From: Dicyema japonicum
Taxonomy: Eukaryota; Animalia; Dicyemida
Assembly: GCA_011109175.1 (NCBI GenBank)
Contig: RDEW01000032.1
Span: 92,404 to 156,403 of the forward strand
Direction of reading: 5' to 3'
DNA: 64,000 nt
This document shows positions 25,605 through 36,253 of the stretch, piece by piece; the stretch's first letter is position 1, and the number at the start of each line of letters is the position of its first letter. Below the pieces are notes generated by a model, which made no database searches, had not been told where the DNA came from, and saw nothing but the letters and a program-made list of their open reading frames with translations. A program made the position numbers and the translations under genes.

Positions 25605-27046
25605 TTTAAAATAATTTATTTATAAATTAAAAAAATCTTTTATTAATAAAATTATATTTTTTGAAAAAAATGTATTTTATATTTACGTATTAGTGAATTT
25701 CCTAAAACACTTGCCACTTTGTGAACCACAAAAAGAACTGCCGTATGATAATCCCTACCATATCTATACTGCTTGGCGAACTGTTAGAGATTCCTGAGCC
25801 ACCACCAGATAAATCCAATCATCATCACAAAAGTAATCAGAAGACTTGTTCGGAACGACCTATTGGACAGTCTTCCTTTCTGCTGGATGAGTAGTGACTA
25901 CTATAGACAGAGAAACTGTGAGGACCATATCACAATTACGCTTTGGACACTTCCCCCTAAAATATAAATCGGGCTCTTGGCTTCCTCCACCGAACCAGTT
26001 TTAATTGATTCTTCAAGAAGTTTTCTTCTGCCCAGGACCTCCGGTGAATATCAGATACTTGTGGAAGCTTCCGAATTTGCTACTGGACGCTTGTGGACAG
26101 CCGACCTCTTACAAGTTGGGAGTTCTGGGTCAATAACTAACTATTAGTGATATTCAACATTCTAATTTTGAATGGAACAATTCTCATTTTGAATGTGAAA
26201 TGGTATAGTGACAACGCACTTCCCTCGACGATTTGCAATTAAATACTCTCAATTAGACAACTCCTTTCTCTTCTATCATTTTTCCTCTTCGCGATGAGCG
26301 ATTCGATTCTGTTTAACAGGGTCAGTGAACTTTACTATCTCCATTAATAATACAAAATAAATAGTTAATACAGTTGCATTGCTTGATCTTATTTACCTCT
26401 GTAACCGTCATGTCATGCTTAACCGTAATGGCATGCGACATTTAACATCGAATAGTTCTTTTAATCTTAGGTGGGATTAGAACTTAAACCACTGGCGTAC
26501 CAATCGCTTTTTAGTTCCAAAAGTTTGTGTATTTGATGTCTTCTGAGTAATACGAGTTTCCTTAAGAAAAGAAAAATGGCGAGACTTTTATTTGCCATTA
26601 CAAGTGAGGTACGTCACAACTCAGCCTTCCGGTCAATTAACTGCAATACGACTTAACCCTTAGTCGTAAATAATCTGTAGAGTAACTAAGACAAATAAAT
26701 ATAAGTTAATCCTATAATACTTAAAATTATTTACTTTTTAAATTTTACGAAAAATCCAATATTTAATTAATCACATTCATGCATGTGATTGGACTTGTGG
26801 GAGACACATAACCGGACCGACTACTCTGGAGGCCTCATAAAACTAAATGCGGCAAGTGGCCCTGCAAATACAGTCAGCCGCCTAGTACGAACTTGTGTTG
26901 TCACGAAGGAGAAGCACCGGAAAGGTAGTTAGTTTGGTTTTTACCGTGGTCTTGGGTGTTAAATAAATAAATACATAAGAGCTTTCACTTTTGATTATTC
27001 TTCCCTATTTCACTAGAGGGGTCTCAATAAGTGCAGAATGGATATC

Positions 27047-27130
27047 TTCAACCTTTTATGCTGCTTCTGGATGGACTTCTAATTAAAAGGACACCAGAGA
27101 AACTGGATACACTTAATTAGTTGTTGATTA
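27047..27130 (+). repeat. Short interspersed repeat family 3 (copies at 35040-35200 and 53885-53990, minus strand)
   Basis: Shared core 'accttttatgctg.ttc.ggatggactt'. Confidence 0.65.
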
Positions 27131-27322
27131 TTAACTTTCTCCATGCATCCAGAGTTAATAATAATCTCGGTTGATTACTGTTTAAATAATTGAGTTTTTA
27201 TCGATCATTACTTACTCTACTGCTATTTTACTGTTCAACATAGCAGACTTTAGTATAAGTTTTAAATTTCTATCCAAAATCACTGTTAATGTAGTTTTAG
27301 ATACGCAAAGACATTCATGTCT

Positions 27323-27823
27323 NNNNNNNNNNNNNNNNNNNNNNNNNNNNNNNNNNNNNNNNNNNNNNNNNNNNNNNNNNNNNNNNNNNNNNNNNNNNNN
27401 NNNNNNNNNNNNNNNNNNNNNNNNNNNNNNNNNNNNNNNNNNNNNNNNNNNNNNNNNNNNNNNNNNNNNNNNNNNNNNNNNNNNNNNNNNNNNNNNNNNN
27501 NNNNNNNNNNNNNNNNNNNNNNNNNNNNNNNNNNNNNNNNNNNNNNNNNNNNNNNNNNNNNNNNNNNNNNNNNNNNNNNNNNNNNNNNNNNNNNNNNNNN
27601 NNNNNNNNNNNNNNNNNNNNNNNNNNNNNNNNNNNNNNNNNNNNNNNNNNNNNNNNNNNNNNNNNNNNNNNNNNNNNNNNNNNNNNNNNNNNNNNNNNNN
27701 NNNNNNNNNNNNNNNNNNNNNNNNNNNNNNNNNNNNNNNNNNNNNNNNNNNNNNNNNNNNNNNNNNNNNNNNNNNNNNNNNNNNNNNNNNNNNNNNNNNN
27801 NNNNNNNNNNNNNNNNNNNNNNN
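27323..27823. other. Assembly gap (501 N)
   Basis: Run of N; single Ns also at 6042 and 13821. Confidence 0.99.
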
Positions 27824-28392
27824 GCAACTTTAATATACGTTTCGTTTAGAATCCAAGCAATAATCCGCTATAAGTTCTGCAATTTCTTGTTGGTTAGCAA
27901 TATGTTTTTCTTTTTCATCTCGTAAAGTCAGTTTTTCTTTGGTAGTTTTCTGATTTGTCCGACAGCTTCATAAAACTTCGCATTGTCCCGTTCCTATCCA
28001 TTTGATTGAAGGTTCAACTCATCTACGAAGAATTGGGTTTGACGATTTATATCGTCATCAGTGTTTTTCACTGTGGAACAATATTGTCATCAATAAGTTA
28101 CTCAAAATAAAAAGTAAATAACTAGAACTCAAAAACAAAAGCTGTTTTTTATTTATCAGCTAACAGAAATGGAAATCATCGGAAAATACAAGATCTGAAC
28201 AAAGAAAGTATCGATGCTTGTGAGATAAGAATACAAATCAAGTCTAAAAAGAAATTAAAAGAACTTAGAAAATCAACTGAAAATAAGTACATGTATATGA
28301 AGATATTTTTATGATTATGTTTAAATGTCAATATATGAACATAGTTAGCAAATAAAAATAAATAAACAAGAATTTTAATAACATTAGTAACA

Positions 28393-31300
28393 TTAATTTG
28401 TGTGAATTGGTCGTCTTGTAAAATTTTGTCTTTTATTGGAAATAAAATTTTTGTAGAAAATATATTTATAAGCTTGAATAAAATAATTTGATTCAGTTAA
28501 GAGTAAATTTCCATTATCATTTTCTAAGGTAAGATCTAGGGCGTTTGTTTGTTGTGCGTTATCATTTATTGGATTTACTTTTTTAGCTAACGTTTGTTTT
28601 AAATTCATAGTATTTAAAAGGAGAATGAACAAACCTTGAAAACTAACGAAGATAATAAAAAAATATTCTAACACCGTGCTAAATCTAACAAAAAATAATA
28701 AAATCCATGGAAGTCCTAAAATATTTTATAAATTTACCTGAAAAAAAAAAAACTGAAAATAAAATTTTGTTTTTAATTGATTTTGTATTTATTGGTGTTT
28801 TAATTTTTATAAATCCACACATCAAAATAATGTATAATATAAAATTTAGAAGCAGACATATTATAATAGGACCAAGCAATCCCAAATAAAAGCCAAGTCC
28901 GGTTATCAAGCATTTCCCTTCGGAATAATAAACATTTTTATTTATCATTAAAATTAAACTGACAATAAAGAGTGGAATACCTAATTACAAATAAAACTAA
29001 TATTAAACCCCAACTAATAACAAATGCTTTGACCTTCAAATATTTGATGTTGACTCCAATTACTTTGTTAAATTTTAAATAATGTACAAATGATATTATG
29101 AACATCCACAAAAATTGAGTCAAAATTCCATAGTGGAGTAAAACTCCAACTATTACGCATTCTATAAAACTTTTCTGTGAAGAATAAATGATTCCAAAAA
29201 TAAACACCATGTTCAACATCAAAATTGATGTTTTCAAATTAAGTAAAAGAATTTGAAAAATAGAATTCTTCAAAAGTCTCAATTAAATAAATAATAGCAA
29301 CCTAAATTTGATTATAAATATAATAAATGAAAATATTATAGCGACTGTGGAGAAAGAAATTCCAATTATTGTAATCACTGTAGTTTCATCATTTTTAATT
29401 TCGGAGTTAGTTATAGGACCCTAACGTGAAAATGATAATTACAAATAGAATTGCAAAACTTGTCAAATGCAGAGATTTACAGATATAAAACAAATCAGCA
29501 ATTTCTATTCTACCCGCATTTTCCCAAAGGCCAGTTTCGTTGTTGTAAAATACACACTTTGGAGTAAACCCCTGTAATTAATATGTTTTGCTACTTTATT
29601 AGTATATTCACTATAATTTGAATGTATTGGAAATTTTAATGATAAAGATTTTATTTCAAACTGAGCGACAATCGAAACTTGAAGCGATTGTGGAGATGTT
29701 CCATTTGTAGGAGTTAATTTGCTTTCATTATGAACAACCACGCGAACTCGATTTATTTATAAAATTACTTTCGGTAGGATCTTCAGTAAGTAATTCGATT
29801 TCTCCAGTAACATTATTTTTTGAAGAAAATTTTGAATTTCTTACCACTATTTTATCGATGACTTCATATTTTAGAATACTATCTGGAGGAATGCCATTCA
29901 CTGGATCAAAAATAACTTTTCTTGCTATAGACGCAGTATCATTTGATAGTTTACTAGTAGATTCAAGTAGTTTATTAAATTTTGCAACAACTTCTTTTTT
30001 CTAAAATTTCATTTAAAATCAAATAACCTCATCGCTGTTATCCGTTTTTATCAAATTATCTTAAAATTAAAAAAAATTTTCCAACCTGCTAAATTTTTGA
30101 ATTCATACTCATATTCGGCAATTTTAACGAAGATTAGAAAGTTTGATTCATTTCCTCCATTAATCAAATTATTTAAATATTCATCCACGAAATAATCTAT
30201 CGACTCAAATAAAATATCTGTAGTATTTTCATTTGGTCTTTTGTTTCGTAAATGCTCAATTAACACTTCAAAATTTATAAACTTATTATTTTCATTTGTA
30301 CAATTAGTATCATTAGCAGAATTACCAACATAACTTAATTCAGAAGAATTTCTATTATTAAAATAATTTTCGATGATATATTGTAATTTTTTTCTTAATT
30401 CTTCTTTAAGGGTCTCGTGTACAATATTCTTTAACTGGATATCAAGAAAATTGAAGGTCATTATTTGGCAAATAGAAACCTGTGAACTCAAAAAAGGTAT
30501 TGATTTTAAATTATCATAGAAAATATCTCTATTTTTATCATTAGTCTAAAAATTATGAAAATCTGACTTTTGTTGCATACAAGTAATTTAAATTTTGCAA
30601 ATAATTTTGTTCCTGACTAAGTGAACTAAGTAATTCTCTAAGACCTATGAATAACTTATATCCATACAATAATTAATTTCTTTAGATCTACACCAGTCAA
30701 ATGCTCCATCGATATTTATGTTATTATTTGAACTACTCGCTATTTTTTTTAATTGATACTTAAATTGAGTAACTTTAACAATGATTTGAAAGTTTGATTC
30801 ACTTCCTTTATTAATCAAATTATTTAAATATTCAATGACAATTTCATATTTCGAATCAATTAACACTGAGTCAAAATAAAAAATTTCATTCGGTCTTTCT
30901 TTACGTACATAATCATTTATCTTTTTAAAATTTATAAAAATATTATTTTCTTTAATACAATTATCATCATTGTTTGAAGATGAATTATCAACAAAAATTA
31001 TTTCAGGAGAATTCCTTTTATTATTATAATAATCTTCCATGACATGTAGTAATCTGTTTTGTAAATCTTTTTTTAAGGTATCGCTTACAATCTTCTTCAA
31101 ATTATTATCAGTAAAATTGAAGGCCATTATTTGGCAAATAGAAACCTGTGAACTCAAAAATGGTATTGTTTTTAAATTATCATGGAAAGTATCTCTATTT
31201 TCATCATTAACCTAAAAATTATGAACTATGAACTTTTGTTTCATACAAGTAATTTAAATTTTGCAAATAATTTGGTTCCTGACTAAGTGAACTAAGTAAT

Positions 31301-31436
31301 TCTTTAAGACCTATGAATAACTTATACACATACAATTATTAAATTCACTTCCAATTGAGCACGATGCAAATTTCTTATCAATTATTTCATCACCATTTGA
31401 AATTTTTAAAATAAGCAACCAACAGAAAAGAATCAT
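28393..31436 (-). CDS. Adhesion GPCR B: signal peptide + 2 novel ~195-aa repeats + GAIN/GPS + 7TM, apparently intact
   Basis: ATG 31436 MILFCWLLILKISNG|DE; 22-28-nt GT..AG introns keep one frame throughout. GPS CVFYNNETGLWENAG...YICKSLHLTSFAILF (29556-29443); secretin-type TM motifs (C..VGVLLHYGILTQFLWMFI, SWGIP, GLPW, SFQGLFI); stop at 28393. Confidence 0.88.
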
Positions 31437-32180
31437 TATCGTTAATAATTTATGGTTTTGTTTTTATATGTAAATGTAAATTATATGCTAATTTTCGTTT
31501 CAAGCATAATTTTAGTAGAAAATACGAATAGAAGGTCAGAGATTTCTTTGCTAAAATTGCGATCCGTGCAATCGATTGATCGGCAGTTCTTTTTTTCGCT
31601 CAGACCTCTTTCTGCTATTTCTGAATGACAATCATAATTGCTGCTATTCTTAATTTCCTCATTAGAGAAGTGATGAAATAAGCGAGAATACTAAAAAAAT
31701 AGAATAATTTATATATGTAGACTATGTTGACCTAATTTCCAATACAGAGCTTCTAACACTCTCATTAAACTCTCTTGCGTTCTCAATAATCAAATTAATG
31801 AAAAGATTACAGATATTTACTTCTAGCTTTACTATACAAAAAACTCTCTAAGGAAATTATGAATTGTCTACTATGTTTGTTATTGACCCTTTAATTACTA
31901 TGTGACCTATTAATTTGCAAAAGTGACGATGATTCTGAATTTCTCAATTTATAATTTTCATTAATTAATGAAAAGATTACAGATATTTAGTTCTTGCTTT
32001 ACTATACAAAAAACTCTCTAAGGAAATTATGAATTGTCTACTATGTTTGTTATTGACCCTTTAATTACTATGTGACATATTAATTTGCAAAAATGACGAT
32101 GATACTGAATTTCTTAATTTATAATTTTCAAGAAAAAACTTCCACGTTTGTGAAATTATTCAACTCTAATCTTTCAATAG

Positions 32181-32510
32181 CTGGGTGGCATAGTGGTTAA
32201 GTGTCGGGCTAATGTGGCTTAGGTCACGGGTTCGATTTTCGCTGATGTTCACCTGGTGGAAGGTTCCACGCATCTACGATGCGGAAAAAGCTTGATGAGT
32301 GACGCTGTCATCACTGGAGATTCACTGCGGAACTGAATAGTCAAAAGGACATTCACACAAGAAAAAGAAAAAACAAAGAAGTGAAGAGTATTCATTGGTT
32401 CTCCCTCTACGATTATATATAATAACTCTTCTTTACTTAAATAAAGTGTGTGTTCTGCACGAGCTAAACCCTAGGCAGCTTATGGCAACGCGGTAGTGCA
32501 CAATTATTAT
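32181..32510 (+). mobile_element. tRNA-derived SINE, family 1 (full length ~330 bp)
   Basis: A box TGGCATAGTGG, B box GGTTCGATT, hairpin-rich core, 3' tail TATGGC-N8-AGTGC then AT-rich end; second copy at 15680-16152. Confidence 0.85.
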
Positions 32511-32759
32511 TTAAATTATCTTCCACTTTTTTCCTACTCCCGTAATATTCGAATCTTATCTGTAATGGGGATTCGCACGTTTTCCTAATTTGTGGTTTGA
32601 ATTATATCTATAGATGACGCAAAGGATTTAGGGGAATCATTTTTGCAACATAGGATATCTTAAGTAATTAAGTTATTTCTTTGGTTTATATACAAATGCA
32701 ATTTATTTAAACTATGCAAGTTTATGATATTAAATCCACATAGTTACAGCCATCTCACC

Positions 32760-33830
32760 ACATCCTCTCATAAGAATCCATAGAGAACCATGACCGCGGT
32801 TTTCTAGAGAGAACCAGTAAACCCATAGGGTGATGCGAATGCCCACGCTGAGGAACGCTGATTGTTCCTAAAGAATATTGCGCATATGCTGTTTATTAGC
32901 AGAAATTCGGGGCGGATCCGCTTTTCTAGAGTTGGGGTTTGTTGCTGCTTTTTCTATAGGGTATCCACCATGGCTTAAAGCATGTCCAGAAGTGCCTCAG
33001 TTTGTGAAAATCCCACGTCGGTTTTGTTCTACATGCTGTCTTCAGTTTTTGAGGTCCAACACATTTGAGATATTTCTGGTTCAGCAAAACATGCCACATG
33101 TCCAAAAAGGTTGATATCTATAGCAGGTCCTAGCAGATTGAGAGTATACTATCAAAGGCAATCGAGTAGTTTATCCGACAAGCGTAGTTGCTTCTGCTTT
33201 GACAGGATGGTCAGTCTGACAGTTCAGAGTTTTTTCATTTGTTCGTTCAACAAAGTGTGCGTCATCAACTTAATCATCGACCAAGTAACTAATAAAGTTT
33301 CTGGACAACTTTTTGGATAAAATTTTAATTTGAGTGCAGGACAATTCACAAGGCATAAGGCGATCAACCGAAATGTCAAGCAAGCTATGGAGTCTGTGGG
33401 ATACCCCGCCATACTTGAACCTGTTGGCTTGGACAGAGGAGACGGAATCACAATATTCCAATTCGAGGAGGAGAAACTTTTGGTCAGGGATGTTACTTGT
33501 GTCGACTCCCTTTGCCCATCCAACATTGTTGGGAGCGCTGTGGATACACTGCATGCCTCGGAAAAAATATGAGGGCAAAGGAGAAATACTAAGCGCTACG
33601 CGACCGATTCGCGTTTTTCCCATTGTGGTCGAGACAACCGGAGGAATAAGTGGGAAATCGCTTCCTAAAGAAACTTGGACGCTTAGATACACTAAAAGCC
33701 ACGACGCATGTGAGACCCGGTGGCTTCCCCAGTTGATCTCTGTTGCAATCGTGAGAAGCAACGCAACGTCGATAATGTCAGCGGGAACCACACGGATAAA
33801 TTTAGTTTAAATACAAAAATGATCAAAATT
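32760..33830 (+). mobile_element. CRE-like non-LTR retrotransposon fragment
   Basis: HKAINRNVKQAMESVGYPAILEPVGLDRGDGITIF...RDVTCVDSL, PIVVETTGG, LISVAIVRSNATSI; frameshifted. Confidence 0.8.
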
Positions 33831-33860
33831 TAATATCAATTTTATAATTAAAATTTAAAG

Positions 33861-34910
33861 TTAAATAAAAATCGCTTTCGAGCTTTTATTCGATTTATTT
33901 GAATATCTGCTATTTCGTCGCCCAGTAATCAAGTTGACAAACTTAATGGAAATCGTTTTTAATCTGCCAACAAATAAATTCCACATATTTCTGTTATTAA
34001 TCAACACAAGGTAGAATTTTGCAGCAAAATGGGACGAATAAACGGCATAAAAATAAATCGATTTAATATGGTGGACAAAAAGCGAATATTTTATGGCCTC
34101 AAAATTCACATTAATACTTTTAGTCTTATATTCCTTTGTAACACTAATGTCGATAACGTAGATTATTGAGTAAGACAAGGCACACGTGACAAAGAATAGC
34201 GAAGTCACACACAGGTTAATCGTCAACCGAGAGAATAGGGGATTTTCTACATCGGTTATTTTGCAGAAACGAATCAATATCATGTTCAATATTATGACAG
34301 CCAAAGGAATGACCATAACCATGATTATCTGAACTACAATGAAATAATATTTCAGAAAATTCTTGAATTTTTCGTCGATGAGGATCTTACAGGAATACAC
34401 GCCAAATATGTCTCGCTCACTCTTGTAGGAAACTCCGGAAGGGATGCTTAGCAATAAGCAAACACAAATCACGACTAGAATTGCTATCCTTGCTGTCCTC
34501 CGCGAGCAGTAAATCCTTCGTAGTAACGGCTTTCTGATCGAAATGAATCTCTCAACACTGAAACAGAGGATCAGCATAGGCGAACAGTATTGACAAAAAT
34601 TGAAGAGTAATGCATTCAGTTTGCACATGAAATCACTTGAATCTAGACGATTACTTCCCAGCACAACGACTGATCGCAATCCACAGTTCGAAATGAAAAA
34701 CAGCAACTCAACAAATCCCAACGAAAACATATACAGCCCCGAAGAAAATTTCCACAGTTCAGGATTACTCCAGGTTACAATTGAAAAAATGTTTCCAGGA
34801 ATTCCCAATAAAGACCAAAATATAAGAAAAAATTTTTCCACTTGTATCACATAAGGCGGAATAATCTGTAACCTTCTTATTTCATAAATCAAGTCTGTTA
34901 GATTAGTCAT
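33861..34910 (-). CDS. Intronless class A (rhodopsin-like) GPCR, peptide-receptor-like, 349 aa
   Basis: TM1 LGIPGN, ECL1 Cys (FMCK), TM3 SVERFISI.KPL, ECL2 Cys, seven hydrophobic segments, N-terminal NLT sequon. Confidence 0.85.
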   Translation of the reverse strand: MTNLTDLIYEIRRLQIIPPYVIQVEKFFLIFWSLLGIPGNIFSIVTWSNPELWKFSSGLYMFSLGFVELLFFISNCGLRSVVVLGSNRLDSSDFMCKLNALLFNFCQYCSPMLILCFSVERFISIRKPLLRRIYCSRRTARIAILVVICVCLLLSIPSGVSYKSERDIFGVYSCKILIDEKFKNFLKYYFIVVQIIMVMVIPLAVIILNMILIRFCKITDVENPLFSRLTINLCVTSLFFVTCALSYSIIYVIDISVTKEYKTKSINVNFEAIKYSLFVHHIKSIYFYAVYSSHFAAKFYLVLINNRNMWNLFVGRLKTISIKFVNLITGRRNSRYSNKSNKSSKAIFI

Positions 34911-36253
34911 GTCGATATATAATCAAAATTTTATTGTTTTTTTTAATTTAAATTATATTTTGAAATATGTTTTATTATTATTTATTTACACCGAGAAAGA
35001 AGTTAACAGTTAAAAACTAATTAAGTTTAAAAAAATTAAGTTATCGAGTTCCCCTGTCACAGAAAGAATCCTTCAGATGACACACAAGTCCATCCAGAAC
35101 CAGCATAAAAGGTAAAAGACGTCTATTCCTAGCAGTTGTGGAAACCCCTCCAGTGGAGTGGGGGAGAGAGAATGATCCAATAACAGTCAATCTGGTCCCC
35201 ACATCGACATGGATGCGGCACACAAACTCTCAATCCGAGTCGTAATGAGATCCTAATACGAACGCATTCATTATCTAGAAAGATATTCAAAACCACAATG
35301 GCCTGCTTCTACGAGGCTTCTTCAAACCGTTAATTGAAGATACGTTCTGCTGTTGAACAAAAAATCCCGCCGATATGTTCGAGTTGGTCACATTGGGTGA
35401 AGTTTCATCATATGGTTAAATTATGATTTTTTAATTAATACATTTAAAAAAATACATTTAATAACCACAATTAGTTAAAAGTCAATTTTCACAACAAGAT
35501 CTCTGTTGGAGAGGAAGAGAGCCTATAATACCACGATCGCTTATCCAGGATCTCGATCATTAGGTGTAATCCTATTGCGTGCTCAATGCCTGTGGGATAT
35601 AATGGAAACCGCAATTTGTACGTCAATTAAAACATAAAAAACAGTCCAAAAGTTATATTTTTGATCAATTTTCTTTTTAATTGAATCATTGCTAATGGTT
35701 TCATACATTTGGTTAGTAATCTACGTATTTTCTAAACTTGGTATATACACAACTTTATTTTGTTTATTGGTGGTAATTTTATTAAATGGGAATATTCATT
35801 TAACAAGATTGATAAGTATTCAAAAACGTAGTGATACCACTTGCCCTATGAATCATCTGATTTGTTGATAGTACATAGAAGAGACAGTAGAGAAGAGGGA
35901 TGGCTGATTGAACGTATTATAAAAAATTTTCCCCGAATCATAGGACCGAACCGGAAATAATAGTTTATCTTCATTTTTTAAATAGTTTTTTTGTTTATTA
36001 AATTAACTCATTAATTTAAATTTTTAGAATTTTGTGGTCAGTATTATAACAATACTTTAGAATTTTAACGATTATTAATAAATTGAAAATCAATTAATAA
36101 ATTAAATAGTGCTCCAGCCCCTAAGAGACACATTCCCATGGACAATGCCACAATTAAGAGAACTAAAGCCACTTAATTTGTTTTGCCACTAAAATATTCA
36201 CTTAATACTAAGAATGACTGAACAGCTATATTTAAAATTCTAACAATAATCAA

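Noticed and set aside
26405-26445. Bulged hairpin (atgtcatgc...gcatgcgacat) as a pre-miRNA
   Set aside because: The stem is too short and there is no supporting conservation.
27315-27925. ORFs of 170 and 202 aa
   Set aside because: They consist of the N gap.
32181-32245. tRNA gene (also 16085-16152 and 24551-24615)
   Set aside because: A and B boxes are present but there is no acceptor stem or cloverleaf, and each continues into a shared repeat body: these are SINE heads.
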